Source: Epithemia pelagica (lineage: Eukaryota; Protista; Bacillariophyta). Taken from it: a DNA stretch of 64,000 nt. Where the stretch lies: NCBI GenBank assembly GCA_946965045.2, contig OX337228.1:5394001-5458000 (forward strand). The letters are read 5' to 3'. The position numbers were made by a program, and so were the translations under genes. Below, piece after piece: positions 22,601 to 34,527 of this stretch (within the stretch, counting starts at the first letter, position 1; each line of letters begins with the position of its first letter). The notes beneath the pieces are model-generated. The model made no database searches, was not told the origin of the DNA, and saw only the letters and a program-made list of their open reading frames with translations.

Positions 22601-25099
22601 CTCATCCAAAAAGTCGCATCGTACCATATGTTCATTCCATCGTAAGATTGCAATACGCCACAATGGGTTGTCTTTTTCAGTACTCTGGAGGAACACCGCA
22701 AATGTTCCATCCGTACCCATTTCACAGGCATCTAAGAGGATAGAAGAACTTGAAATGCTATCCATTGTTTCGTCGCGAGGATCTGTCCATTCTTCTAGCT
22801 CCTCCCATTGCATTGAACCATCCATAAGTGACTTGAGTCGGAGCAATTTGATCCCCGAGAAAACGTCACCGGTACCTGAGAACGTATTTTCCATTCCCAG
22901 AAGGAGAAGCTTGCTGCTCGGTAGACTGAAGACAGATCGTACGTTGAGGCAATCTGTTTCCGCCAAGATCATGCGATCGTCACGACCGGGTATAGACACC
23001 AAACCCAGACTTCCGCTAGAACCAAAGCCACACGGAAAAATATACGCATTTGCGCCAAACACAGATGTAGCGTCACTGTTACTGGGTGCCACGGGTTGGT
23101 CCGTTTGGACAGGATTTAGATATTTGGGTGGAGCGGCCATGGGACCTTCGCAAGACGGTCCAATGGGCCCAAGGTTAATCAGGCGGTCCAATGGTTTGAG
23201 GCATTGTACAACGGAATATTTTGTTGAAGTGGGACGATGACGCTTTGATTGAGACTCCATCCAACTACGACCATGATCAGTGTCGTCGCCGTCTTCATCA
23301 TCACTGGGGTGCACAATATTAGGTCGCGCATCTTCCGTCGTAGGAAGAGGTGCATAGAGAGCTTCTTCTTCTAGTTCCAGAATGCGGTGAGAAGCTGAAA
23401 CGTCCGTGGAAGAAGGAGGCGCCACTCGTTGGGTATCGTTGGACGCAACGGTTTCTGGTGTTTCCACTGTTGGATGATTGCCTTCCTCGGAAGATTCGTC
23501 CAGTACTGATGCCAACTGAAATTGTGTAGTGTCTAATGCGTATCCGAGGAGATAAGAGTCTCCGAGACGACTTCCGGCCAGAACCAATCCTGTGTGTCCT
23601 TGTTCTTGCATAGATTTCTTCGATTCTTCTGCTCCACTGGTAGATGCAATGTAGGAGGATATGCCATCATCCTTGGTCAAACCATGTGACGAGGGAAGAT
23701 TGAGGGACTGCAAGTGTGCCACCTCTCCCATCGCGGTCAACTTCTCTCCCATTGGAAGCAAACACCATTGTCCATTGGCGAGATGTTGCAAGATATACAC
23801 TTGACATTTTCGTAAAACTACCAGAGCCGTCCGCTTGTTCAAGAAACAACAGGCGGCTCCATCGAGCTGTAAGGAGAGTTTTAACCCAATCGGATTGGGT
23901 TGCAAGTCATTGGCCAACACTGCGGGACATGTGGCTCGGGCAAAGCCATTGACGGCCAATATTTGCTGGATACGACCAGCATCCACACAAGTGATACTAT
24001 TGGTACCCATGACCAAACATCCCGAGCCATTCTGTAAGGGATGGAGGGTACGGGCATCGCTGGTCATGGGCAAGCTCCACAACAAGGCCGTACGAGCGTG
24101 TGGTACCGAAATGGAAAGGGCCGTCAAGTAAAGTGGAGGTGGTCCCAAGGTATTTTCTCGGGCCAACCGACCGACATGAGTTGTACCGCCTGGAGCTGAA
24201 TGGAGTAGAACCAGTGTCTCGGCCGTCGAATAGGCCGACAAGAAAATCGCATCGAAAATGTCGCCCCAGCCAGTCACCATGCTACTAGCGTCGCTAGATT
24301 GTTGTTGTTGTTGTTGTTGATGCGATGAGTCTAATTCAGACATGGCCGAGCGGCGCAAATGGGGAAGTTGCGTGGATAAGGAGACAAGTGGTAATATGTA
24401 CGGCTCTCGGGCAAACCAACCATGGTTCCCTCGCTGTTCTTCTCCTCCTCCTCCTGCTTTATTCGGTAAGAGTTCTGCGACAATTTCCGTCACGGCAATG
24501 GCCACACCACCTCCGAGAATTGCAGCCACAGTGGTGGCTCGGTTTTTTGTTCGACCACCAGCCTCCAACATGGTAAAGATGGCGTCTTCTTGACAGGTTG
24601 CCCCACACGAATGTTCGTTCCAGACCGAGATGAAATCGAGGAGACAAATGGCCTGTAACAAGTTTCGTGTAGGAGGTTCCGACTGGGCTGTTGTAGTGAG
24701 GGAGGGCGAAACCTCCTCCTCCTCCTCCTCTTGTTGTTGTTGGAGTAGAACATCCAGGGTGACGACACTTAAGCGAGCATGGCCTCCGAATCCAATCAAC
24801 AAGGCATCCGTTTCATGATCGGATCGAGACGATAACGTGGACAAGGATACAATGGTTCCGGCAATATGGGGGTAGCTGTATTCCAATCTCAATTGGCCAT
24901 TGTACGGATTGTGAGTGTAAATGTGAAGCGTCGAGGCCGATGCCGTAATGAGGTTGGGGAGCCATTCCGGTTGCTCTGCCTTGGCCACTTGTCGAGTGTG
25001 GGTCAAGTACGCCCAGCAAGAAAACTCCACACCACGAGATCCTTGTTTAGTAATGGAGGAGACACACGGATGGACGGGACGAGAAGCGGGTGCCGACAT
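19687..25099 (-). CDS. CPSF1: Cleavage and polyadenylation specificity factor 160-kDa subunit; exons 25099-20374 and 20288-19687
   Basis: GSRLGDSYLL, DRLINLGPI, CGFGSSGSL, GEDVSAKGRVLLFEV, RSDYHLG and GVVDGDLI are hallmarks of the CPSF160/DDB1/SF3B3 triple propeller, with CPSF160-type motifs. Confidence 0.88.
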
Positions 25100-25300
25100 G
25101 GTCGAACGCAAGAGAGATTGAGGACCACAAGGGCGGAGCGGAAATCTTTCAACATGAATGAAACAAGGGGGTCGGTCGACGGCCAAATTGAAGCCACCGC
25201 ATATGAGTCGCTTTAGTCTCATTGAGTCGCTTTAAATTTGGATTCGGTATTCGGTATCTATTGTCTTTCTTCGTGTCTTCTTCACTCTTTCCGGTGAAGT

Positions 25301-25311
25301 TACTCCTAGAG
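25301..25311 (+). promoter_or_regulatory. TACTCCTAGAG motif just upstream of recA, in the divergent CPSF1/recA gap
   Basis: The identical 11-mer also occurs at 19609 (rc), 50495 (rc) and 60508. Confidence 0.4.
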
Positions 25312-25333
25312 AAGAACAAAACGACCATTGACC

Positions 25334-26839
25334 ATGATGTACGGATTGCCGAGTCGCTATTTGATTAGCTACTTCTGTCTCTTCTTAGTTTGCTTGAAAC
25401 CCACATTTGGATTCACGGCGTCTCCCGTTCGAGCACTGGCACAAGAGAGGACCTCGGCACAACAGGCGGTTCTTTCTACCTTGTCTGCACGTCGCCGATC
25501 CCAGGCGGCCGAGAACGAGGATGCTCCTAGGGAGGGGCGTCCGGCCATGGACCCAGCCAAACGTGCTGCCTTGGATGGTGTTTTGAATCAGATTGAACGG
25601 TCGTATGGTCGCGGTAGTATTGTCCGCCTGGGCGATGCCTCGATGGATGTGGAATGCATTGGAACGGGCAGTTTGACCTTGGATGCCGCGGTCGGAGGAC
25701 GTGGATATCCTCGTGGACGGATTGTCGAGATTTATGGTCCGGAATCCTGTGGCAAAACCACCTTGGCCTTGCATGCCATTGCGCAAGTCCAAAAGGATGG
25801 CGGCGTTGCAGCCTTTATTGATGCCGAACATGCCCTGGATCCTGCCTATGCTTCTGGCGTGGGTGTCGATATTGACGAACTACTTTTAACACAACCGGAT
25901 TCGGGAGAAATGGCTCTGGATGTCGTCGATCAACTCGTACGATCGGCAGCGGTCGATGTGATTGTTGTGGATAGTGTTGCCGCCTTGGTCCCTCGAGCCG
26001 AATTGGAGGGAGACATGTCGGATGGTGAGTGTCGTTCTACTAGGTAGTTTATTGATTGATTGGACGTGGACTTTTTCTCTCTGTGAGGATTGTTCTTTCA
26101 ACGGGTGAAGGCTCTGTTTGTGGAAGATGTGCAATGTTCAATTCGTTGCTCGAACTCTCTACTAATCGTTGTTGTTGTTGTTTGGATGCGATTGCCCGTA
26201 CCAGCTCAAATTGGATTACAGGCTCGGCTCATGTCCAAGGCAATGCGAAAACTCGCTGGCAGTCTTGCCTTGAGCCAATGCACTGTCATTTTCATTAACC
26301 AACTTCGTCAGAAAGTGGGTGTCATTTACGGGAGCCCCGAAGTGACATCGGGAGGAACAGCCCTCAAGTATTATGCCAGTGTCCGCCTCGATACTCGACG
26401 CAAAGAAATCTTACCCGACAATACCGGTATTCGTGTCAAAGTCAAGGTGGTCAAAAACAAGGTTGCCCCTCCCTTTAACATTGTTAACTTGGACATTTTG
26501 TTCGGTACGGGCATTGATACATATGGGTGCACCTTGGATGCGGCGCTGGATTTGGGTATTGTGGAGCGACGCGGTAGTTGGTATGCCTTGAAGAACACCG
26601 AACAAAATCTCGCACAAGGTCGAAGCAATGTCGTTGCTCTACTAAAGGAAAACCAGGAACTGGCCGACCAACTAGAAATGGCGGTCCGAGAAGCATTCGA
26701 TGGCATGATTGAGAAGAAGAATTCAAACAAGAGTGGCAACAACAACAACAAGAGTAACAAGGATGATGAACCAATGGCGACCGACTATGAACCAAGCGTA
26801 GTCGAACAGGGCATTATTGGTGACTCGCTTCTTGAGTAG
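25334..26839 (+). CDS. recA: Bacterial-type RecA recombinase with an N-terminal signal/transit presequence (probably plastid); exons 25334-26024 and 26205-26839
   Basis: [29 protein letters not shown]-like [27 protein letters not shown] and [14 protein letters not shown]. Confidence 0.96.
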
Positions 26840-27015
26840 CTCCCAGTGTCATCTAGAATCTACATGTAAGTGTACACCATGGCTATTAATGATTCCTATC
26901 AGAAGAGTGTCAAGTACATGACTTTATCTTTTCCAAAGACAAACGCAGGGTTTAGAAACCCAAAACGACAAGTAATATAGTCAACATGTCGAACCAACAA
27001 GGGTCGTGGTTTATT

Positions 27016-27834
27016 CTACTTTTGGGCAAGGCACCATTGATTGTGTTCTCTTACCACTTCGAGAATTTGTTTATCAAACCTTTGTGAAACAATAGGTGAT
27101 GACTTTAGCATTGGACTGAACGGATTCAACATAAGAGACACATAACATTGGTGCAAAGCAACGAATAATCGTTGTAATAGAATATCTGTGTTCACATGCT
27201 GGTCTCCCAAAGGTTGTTGGTTATGATGGTGACCGGGGGAGTTGATTCCCAAGGATGACATGTTTGGTGCGATGTTTGGCGTTGTCGATGATTTCATAGA
27301 CTGCTGGAAGGGTAATGTGCCGTCATGGCTATTTGCGTACGTGGAAAAGGAAGCCGAGGAAAGATGAGCATTGGAGGATGGGTCGTCCATAACCACGCAA
27401 AAGAATTTAATTTGTGTTGTTGTCATGAACCCGTAGACTCTTGAATCTTCGACAGGGCAAAGAAGGCCAACGTACATTGGATGGTGTGTATCACCCGCTG
27501 TATTTCCTCGGCGCCAGGCATATCCGGGAGGTGGACCTGACAGTTGTTCAAAGCGATCCAATGCTGAATGCAAAATGAACTGTTGTTTCAGAGATATAGG
27601 AAGCGCCTGAAAGGTTTCATCTAGTTCAGCCTCATTGCCGACAGGCGCAGCGGCTGGGTTCCCGGTGGTACTACTGCCAGTGGTGTCCTCTGTTGCTTTC
27701 GGTGAATGAAGTCCAAACAGCTCTGCTTCATCAAAAACAACATGATCTCGGTCGTTCCTCTCAGCAAACTCTTTCAAATATAGGGGCTCGTTGTTCTTTC
27801 CAATAATCGCCAAGCTGATCACTTGATTTGACAT
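27016..27834 (-). CDS. TRAPPC2L: Sedlin-family TRAPP subunit (TRAPPC2L-like) with low-complexity insertions
   Basis: LAIIGKNNEPLYL, FILHSALD, YVGLLCPVEDSRVYGFMTTTQIKF, YVSLMLNPF and SQRFD. Confidence 0.82.
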   Translation of the reverse strand: MSNQVISLAIIGKNNEPLYLKEFAERNDRDHVVFDEAELFGLHSPKATEDTTGSSTTGNPAAAPVGNEAELDETFQALPISLKQQFILHSALDRFEQLSGPPPGYAWRRGNTAGDTHHPMYVGLLCPVEDSRVYGFMTTTQIKFFCVVMDDPSSNAHLSSASFSTYANSHDGTLPFQQSMKSSTTPNIAPNMSSLGINSPGHHHNQQPLGDQHVNTDILLQRLFVALHQCYVSLMLNPFSPMLKSSPIVSQRFDKQILEVVREHNQWCLAQK

Positions 27835-28294
27835 GGTGGAGGTGGATGATACTTGCTCCTCTATTATGTGGGGCGGTGGGACTGCAATGGGGCCCGGCGA
27901 GCGCGAGCAGGCGCGGGTCTCGTGTCGGGAGTCGGGAATACCCGCCATGAACCATGCACTGCAATCATAGCTCCCGCATCCCGCCACTATTTCCTCTCTC
28001 ATACTCATACTCCGCGGCGCCATCGCACACAAGAACAGGGACCTCCCAGGGTTTACTGTTTGTCCTTGAATGGCCGAACGGCACAATCATCAGATCAACT
28101 AGCGCCAACCAACGAAAGTACTGCTCTTCTTGGTGTCTATCTACCTAGAGGTTCAGTGGCACTTGCGATCGGAGGTCGGACAAACCGTTACTTCGCGGAG
28201 TATCTACGAATTCTTCCTCGACCTTTTTTTCCTATTTGGCAGTCACAAAACGCATTTATCGTGGAACCGTCATCGGTTCGGTTGATCGTTCACC

Positions 28295-30880
28295 ATGGAT
28301 TTCATGCAGTGGACCGAAATTCATTGCAATCACTATCACAATCCGCACCACATTGGACACCAGCAGTCAGCCGCTCATCATCTCGCAGGAGCTCCTCACC
28401 ACCTGCACCATCACCACCACCACCATCATCATCTCTTTCTCAATCAGCCCTTGAATCCTTTGAACCATCATGTACACCATCCGAACTTCAATCATCATTT
28501 GAACCATCCTCTGAATCAGGATCACCATTTGAGTTCTGCACCAACTATAAAAAACCACTCTGTCACTCATTTTGGTGGCTTCTTGTACTGTTTTGGAGGT
28601 TACGATGGAAGACGCAATCACATGACTTTACTAATCTACAGCATTGCTGAGCAAAGATGGATCCGCCCCGTCGTTGCAAGCAGCGCAACCGTTCCTGTTG
28701 GTTCTTCTGTATCACAGCCTGGAGGAGGTGGGTCTATTGGGGGCTCCGGTGACCATTATTCTTCTCCGCATTCTCCAGGTTCTTCATCTATGGGTCACGC
28801 GCAAAATGATCCGTCTCGTCACGGCATGTATTCTTCCCCAACACACCAGCGCCATCACAGTAATATTCGGTCTCCCTTGCATGCATCAGGAAGAGGGTCT
28901 AGCAATGGAAATGACGTGGGAGATATGATGGATGTATCATATGTTTCGCACCCAAATCATGGTCAGGACAATCCCAACAACGCAGCGCCCAGCAACAATA
29001 ATGTTGGCTCCTCGGTAAACAACCCTCTTTCATCGTCCTCTCCCATTTGGGTTACTGGAACCCCTCCGCCAGGTCGCAATGGACATTCCGCCACCTTGGT
29101 GACCGATGACGACGATGAGGAGGACGGAAGTCATCCAGAGTCGGGTCGCATTATAGTTTTGGGGGGATGGCTGGGAACTGGACCCCTGGCAGCATCGGAT
29201 ATGCACATTCTAGATATTTCACAAGGTGGAAAAGTACTACGATGGTATCAACCAGCTGTCAAAGGGACGCCACCAGGGCCGTGTAATATGCACTCTGCGG
29301 ACTATGTCAAATCACAAAAGTGCGTCTATGTATTTCGTGGAGGAAATGGACGAGAATATTTGAATGACTTGCATGCTCTTCACGTGGACACCCTACAATG
29401 GGAAAGAGTGGAAACTACTGGAGCCATTCCTCAACAGCGAGCCAATCACTCATCGGCTATTCTCGATGAAGAATTGATCATATTTGGTGGGTGGAACGGC
29501 CGCGAACGTCTGAATGATATTCACATCCTCGATACAAACACAAGAGTTTGGACCTGTCCACATGTAGGTGGTGTTTTGCCTCATCCACGAGCAGGTATGA
29601 CTCTGACAGCATTGAGAGGAAGACTATACTTGTTTGGTGGAAGTGGGACTTCCGCAAAGTGCTTTGAAGACTTGCAGATTTTTGATCGACAGCAAATGGC
29701 ATGGCTCGATGTCAGTACAGAACAAGAACACCTCAAAGCCACCGGTGGTTCATCAGTCACTGTTCCTCCACCCCCAGGGCATCGATATGAGGAAGACGTG
29801 GTCCCAAATCACCGGTTCGGCGGAGGAACGTACGATAGATCGTCGGGATATGGTATCGTCAATCAGCAGTACGATGAAGGTGGTTCGCAGTCCTACGGTG
29901 GATTTTCGGACCTGAATCCGGGTGATCGTGCAATGGTCGATCGATACGCTGGTACAAATAATGCTGGCGGAAGTTCCGCCATCGTGAGCAATCGAAACGA
30001 TCCATGGCCCATTAGGGGGCGTCACCAAAGTCGTGTCTCAGTGATCAACCCGAATGACGAAGATTCTGTGCCTTCTGTGCTGGTTCAGGGTCGGGGACCA
30101 GGACAGCGAGCAGGTCATACCGCGACGGCCGTGAACCGTTTTATTTATTGCTTCGGAGGCTCCTGTGGCAGCGATTACTTAAATGATTTCTTCATCCTCG
30201 ATACAGATCCACCTCCTCAAGCAGTTGTTACTGAATCCACTACGCTGAAACTCATGGAACGGAGACTACGTCACTTTTTCAATGACGAAGAATTTGCGGA
30301 CGTAACTTTTTTGGTGCAAGGACAACGTGTTTATGGACACAAGATGGTATTGTCCATTGTATCGGACTGTTTCCGTGCCATGTTTAGCGCTGGATTTCGA
30401 GAGTCCGCAGCAATGGAAATTGAGATTCCAGATTGCAGCCATGCGGCCTTTCTAGCGGTCATGGAGTACATCTATACTGGCTCGTTGCCGAAATCTCTGG
30501 GTCTTGAAATGAACACGGTGTCGTACCATCACGAGAACCAGCAGCAACCACCTCAACAGCAGAACCAGCCACCATCCCTCTCCTCACCACGAAGCACATC
30601 GTCGGAATCGTCCTCCTCTGGGGCTGGTGCGGGCATTGGAAGTCTAGGAGCGAGCGTAAATTCTGCCGGTATGCTGGATTCCTCTCAGCTGAGTCGATTG
30701 GTGGAGCTCTTGGAGCTTGCTGATCGATTTTTCTTGGATCACCTTAAACAGGTTTGTGAGACGCTATTGAGAAGTGCTGTGAATGTAGATACGGTTGAGT
30801 ACTTGACGTCAGTGGCCCAAAAAACGAATGCCGGCCAACTACACGATATTTGCAAACACTTTTCGCGTAACCGAGACTGA
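28295..30880 (+). CDS. Kelch-repeat plus C-terminal BTB protein (LZTR1-like architecture) with a His-rich N-terminus
   Basis: Repeated GG..R.ND Kelch motifs (FGGYDG, LGGWLG, FGGWNGRERLND, FGGSCG) and BTB motif FADVTFLVQGQRVYGHKMVL..FRAMF. Confidence 0.9.
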   Translation: MDFMQWTEIHCNHYHNPHHIGHQQSAAHHLAGAPHHLHHHHHHHHHLFLNQPLNPLNHHVHHPNFNHHLNHPLNQDHHLSSAPTIKNHSVTHFGGFLYCFGGYDGRRNHMTLLIYSIAEQRWIRPVVASSATVPVGSSVSQPGGGGSIGGSGDHYSSPHSPGSSSMGHAQNDPSRHGMYSSPTHQRHHSNIRSPLHASGRGSSNGNDVGDMMDVSYVSHPNHGQDNPNNAAPSNNNVGSSVNNPLSSSSPIWVTGTPPPGRNGHSATLVTDDDDEEDGSHPESGRIIVLGGWLGTGPLAASDMHILDISQGGKVLRWYQPAVKGTPPGPCNMHSADYVKSQKCVYVFRGGNGREYLNDLHALHVDTLQWERVETTGAIPQQRANHSSAILDEELIIFGGWNGRERLNDIHILDTNTRVWTCPHVGGVLPHPRAGMTLTALRGRLYLFGGSGTSAKCFEDLQIFDRQQMAWLDVSTEQEHLKATGGSSVTVPPPPGHRYEEDVVPNHRFGGGTYDRSSGYGIVNQQYDEGGSQSYGGFSDLNPGDRAMVDRYAGTNNAGGSSAIVSNRNDPWPIRGRHQSRVSVINPNDEDSVPSVLVQGRGPGQRAGHTATAVNRFIYCFGGSCGSDYLNDFFILDTDPPPQAVVTESTTLKLMERRLRHFFNDEEFADVTFLVQGQRVYGHKMVLSIVSDCFRAMFSAGFRESAAMEIEIPDCSHAAFLAVMEYIYTGSLPKSLGLEMNTVSYHHENQQQPPQQQNQPPSLSSPRSTSSESSSSGAGAGIGSLGASVNSAGMLDSSQLSRLVELLELADRFFLDHLKQVCETLLRSAVNVDTVEYLTSVAQKTNAGQLHDICKHFSRNRD

Positions 30881-31130
30881 TTGGCAAAACATATTATGGT
30901 ACTGTTCGTGTGGCGGAACATGTTTTAGTCGGACTAGTGGTAGGTTATAAGAGCAGAGCTGAAGCAGCTAATTTGAAGTAGCTTATCCTTATCCTCTAAC
31001 ACTGGCTTCTTTCTTGAGGAATATGGCAAGTCTACAAATGAACATAAAAAGCAGATCCGTCAAGTAGACAGATCATCCCTTGATGACAGTGATCGTGTCC
31101 ACCGACAAATATGTCCTGGCTGAAAACTAC

Positions 31131-31853
31131 CTAATTACTGTAGTCGCTAAACATATCCACTTCTTTGTCCGATGCCTGGGTTGAAGCACCTGCTTTGGTC
31201 GACGAGTCCTCTTTCTTTATTTCCGTCGTTACCATTTCTGGAGATTCTGGCTTAACATCTTCTGGACTTGGATTCGTTACAGTGGTGCTCACCACTACAT
31301 CCTCCGAGGCATTGCTTCCATCTTGTTGTTTCATTCTAGCCAAAAGCTCTTGTGTCTTTTTCTTTTCTTCGTCAGACAATCCTTTCCAAAACTCTGAATC
31401 CTCCGAGCCCGCTTGCGCATACGAGTCTGCAATAATGCTGGCATATGAATCATTTTGCTCCAAAATAAAGCCCACAATGAGGGCCGACAAGAGACCGCCA
31501 AACATGACCAAGATGCCCCCAGCAAAAATAGGAGCAAACTCATTTTCAGGAATTGCGGCGATATCACTGTCAATCGTCGAGAGCCAAAGGTTGCTACTGC
31601 AAGACTCAATCCATGATGAATCTGGTGCTGACGCAATGCTTGTATCAGATGCCACAAAACCCAAGTCGAACAGTGTTGCTTTGACTGGACTCGACCTCCT
31701 TGTGGCGGCAGTCTTGTCGTGGTACGTTGATGCTGACCGTCGGTCCAGCCATCGCTCTGTCGAAACAAAGGCTGTTGCGGCTTGTACTGGCACAAGCAAG
31801 CTCAATGGAGCAATCAGAATGGAAAATAACATGACAAAGTTAAGTGCCGACAT
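31131..31853 (-). CDS. Hypothetical, probably plastid-targeted membrane protein
   Basis: 240-aa ORF with a signal peptide ending ATA-FVS and one hydrophobic segment (IFAGGILVMFGGLLSALIVGFIL). Confidence 0.7.
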   Translation of the reverse strand: MSALNFVMLFSILIAPLSLLVPVQAATAFVSTERWLDRRSASTYHDKTAATRRSSPVKATLFDLGFVASDTSIASAPDSSWIESCSSNLWLSTIDSDIAAIPENEFAPIFAGGILVMFGGLLSALIVGFILEQNDSYASIIADSYAQAGSEDSEFWKGLSDEEKKKTQELLARMKQQDGSNASEDVVVSTTVTNPSPEDVKPESPEMVTTEIKKEDSSTKAGASTQASDKEVDMFSDYSN

Positions 31854-32284
31854 GGTTCCAAGTATCTTTCTGGACTCACAGAACTCCCCTTTGTTATTAG
31901 GAGAGTATGATTGATATGGGTTGATGCGTGATGTGATTGATGATGTGTCATGCCAAAAGTTGAAAGGATCTTTTGTGGGGTGGTTGGGATCGGAATCTAA
32001 GAGTGAAGAGATGTGTCCCCCCCCCCATTCAGCGACACGATCACTTCACGGAACCTTTCCGCGACTCCCGTTTTTTCCCTATGCATGTTACACTTTTTGC
32101 CATGCGAAGATCCTAGAGGTAGGAGTAGAAAAGAACAAAGAATGTCGGATGGAATCATCATGACAGAGTAATCGTTCTTGGAGGCAAAATATAAGAAGTC
32201 CCAAACGCTACAATAACTTGCATCCACATTCCATATTCCAAGTCACCGACTGTCCTGGGTATTGCTCTTTTTCGAAGCCGCATC

Positions 32285-34393
32285 ATGGTATGGTATGAAG
32301 CCATAGATCGCCGCTGCCAATGGAAGATCCTTGTTCTTGTATGGTGGATTGTCTGGACAACCGGCCCCTTAGTAGGAGGTTTCATGATTGATTTATCCAC
32401 ACCAAACACAAGGAGACACAGACCACGTGAACAAAGATCACTTTTTTGTTCATCTATACAGAGGGCTTCGAATTCAGACATGGCAATGGATGCGACAAGT
32501 GGCATAGATGGAGAGGACACACAGCCTCATGAACAGAGACGGAAAACCTATGAATCAGATCACAAGTTTGGTCAAGAAACCTCACTCCCAGTGGTAGATC
32601 GGAGGCAGATGATATCGATCCTTGCGACGGCAGCCACTCTGTCGGGGTCATCGACCGAATCTAGAGCGGCGACGTATAGCAGTCCGAATATAGACGGCGA
32701 TCCACTCGAACAAACCTTACTGGGACGAGGAACATGGGAACCTTTGACATCGTCATCGAATCCAACAACGGATCTTTCCACAATACAAACTGAAACTGCA
32801 ACAAACTACTTTCCACCATTGTTCGTCACCTACCTTACTCGTTTCCTCATACACTTCGATTCTGGCGTCAATCGATGGTGGCGCGATCTTGAACACTCGT
32901 ATTCACTCTTGTCCGATGAAGAACGACAAGACAAACTGTCGGAAAACTTTGGTTCGCTTGCACAATCCATTCAACAAGGTTTATTATCAATGATGGTCAA
33001 CAAGGAAACAAACGAAGACGTTGCTATTGTTATTCGAGACTTTTGGGACTTGATGGTCAATCGCTATGGCTCGCAACCAGATGCAATGCGACAAACCTCA
33101 ATTCTTTTTGCACTCCTTCCTATTCAATATCAGCCAATCAAATCTCGTCTTCAGCCATTTCTGTCGAAGCAATCCATCAACAGAGAATCTACCCTCGACG
33201 AGAGAACGGAATCGGATCCTTTTCTAGGTGACCTGTCAGCGGTGCTTCCTTCGGAGTATCATTGTGAATTGGTGGCAGATGGACAGGGCATTGTGATTTT
33301 ACCAACACTTCCCGAGCAAGTTGGCAGCAAACAGCAAACCATGTTTGGCCCCTTGAGTGATTCACCATTAGAACGTGGATTTCCGGCGTATTCAACTCTC
33401 GTTTATACGTTGTTTGGTATCTCGGGTGCCACAGGATGTGCCCTGACACATACCCTGGTAATTCCACTGGACGTGGTCAAAACGCGTGCTCAAACGAATC
33501 CGATAGAAATCAGCAACGTCAACGAAATGGTAGGAGCAGAACTTGCAGAGGGAGCCGCTTCAAAAGGCAATATGGTTTCGGCAGCTATTGAAATAGTCCA
33601 AAACGAAGGGTTCGATGCATTGTTATTGGGTGCGCAGGCTACAATTGCAGGGTACTTCTGGTACGGTCTATCCGTGTACCCAAGCTACACGTTTTTCAAA
33701 CGAATTCTGACGCTAGAACTTCTTCCACCAGAAGTTTCCACGGTCCATGCCAATGATATTGCATTGGTGGCCGGGGCACTGGCGGCAGTCATAGCGAGCT
33801 TGGGGTTGACGCCTATAGAGGCTGCTCGTATCCGTGTGGTTGCAGAGCCAGAGACTTACAGACCGTTGGGCTTATTGGGTACCTTGCAATTCATCGCAGA
33901 AGAAGACGTTGCTGTGGGATGGAGAGGTTTATATGCTGGACTACCATCACTGTTAGCCCGTCAGGTTATATTTGGTTCTGTCAAGTTTCTTGCGTTTGAG
34001 CGAGCATGTGAATTCATCTTTGCTTTGTGGCCCTTTCTCCGTGACCTAACATGGACCAGCCTATCGGTTAGTCTTGTTGCAGGGGCTTTCTCAGGTTGTC
34101 TGTCATCGGTTGTGTCACAGCCTGCCGATTCCCTCTTGACCTTTGTTGCTCAAAAGAACAGCTGTGAAGGCAAAGCCGCTATGGGCTTATTGGAGGGATG
34201 TCGCACCATGATTGAACAAGAAGGACCGGGTTCGCTCTTTCGCGGATTGGGTAGTCGGAGCGTCTGGGCAGGAAGTATCATCGCTGGGCAGTTTCTACTA
34301 TACGATGTTTTCCGAACATTTTTCCATGTGAGCACCACTGACCTCAGTCAGGTTTATCAAGTGGTTGTTGATTTACCAACCCATGTAAAATAG
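32285..34393 (+). CDS. Mitochondrial-carrier-family (phosphate carrier-like) protein with a long N-terminal extension
   Basis: Three Px[DE]xx[KR]-type repeats (PLDVVKTR, PIEAARIR, PADSLLT) plus PiC-like ARQVIFGSVKF and GCLSSVVSQP. Confidence 0.85.
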   Translation: MVWYEAIDRRCQWKILVLVWWIVWTTGPLVGGFMIDLSTPNTRRHRPREQRSLFCSSIQRASNSDMAMDATSGIDGEDTQPHEQRRKTYESDHKFGQETSLPVVDRRQMISILATAATLSGSSTESRAATYSSPNIDGDPLEQTLLGRGTWEPLTSSSNPTTDLSTIQTETATNYFPPLFVTYLTRFLIHFDSGVNRWWRDLEHSYSLLSDEERQDKLSENFGSLAQSIQQGLLSMMVNKETNEDVAIVIRDFWDLMVNRYGSQPDAMRQTSILFALLPIQYQPIKSRLQPFLSKQSINRESTLDERTESDPFLGDLSAVLPSEYHCELVADGQGIVILPTLPEQVGSKQQTMFGPLSDSPLERGFPAYSTLVYTLFGISGATGCALTHTLVIPLDVVKTRAQTNPIEISNVNEMVGAELAEGAASKGNMVSAAIEIVQNEGFDALLLGAQATIAGYFWYGLSVYPSYTFFKRILTLELLPPEVSTVHANDIALVAGALAAVIASLGLTPIEAARIRVVAEPETYRPLGLLGTLQFIAEEDVAVGWRGLYAGLPSLLARQVIFGSVKFLAFERACEFIFALWPFLRDLTWTSLSVSLVAGAFSGCLSSVVSQPADSLLTFVAQKNSCEGKAAMGLLEGCRTMIEQEGPGSLFRGLGSRSVWAGSIIAGQFLLYDVFRTFFHVSTTDLSQVYQVVVDLPTHVK

Positions 34394-34527
34394 AGCTATG
34401 GCAAAACGTCAATTCCAAGCAAGAAACTGAGATCCAATTAGAATGGATCCAGCTTTTTCGTTGGTACAGACGATAAAACTGGTCCGCTTTGATATCTCGT
34501 ATAGTACGGCATCCAGTCTTCCTACAA

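Noticed and set aside
27853-28650. 265-aa plus-strand ORF overlapping the TRAPPC2L upstream region and the Kelch gene
   Set aside because: An off-frame by-product of the CAC/CAT His tract and a GC-rich promoter; no domain.
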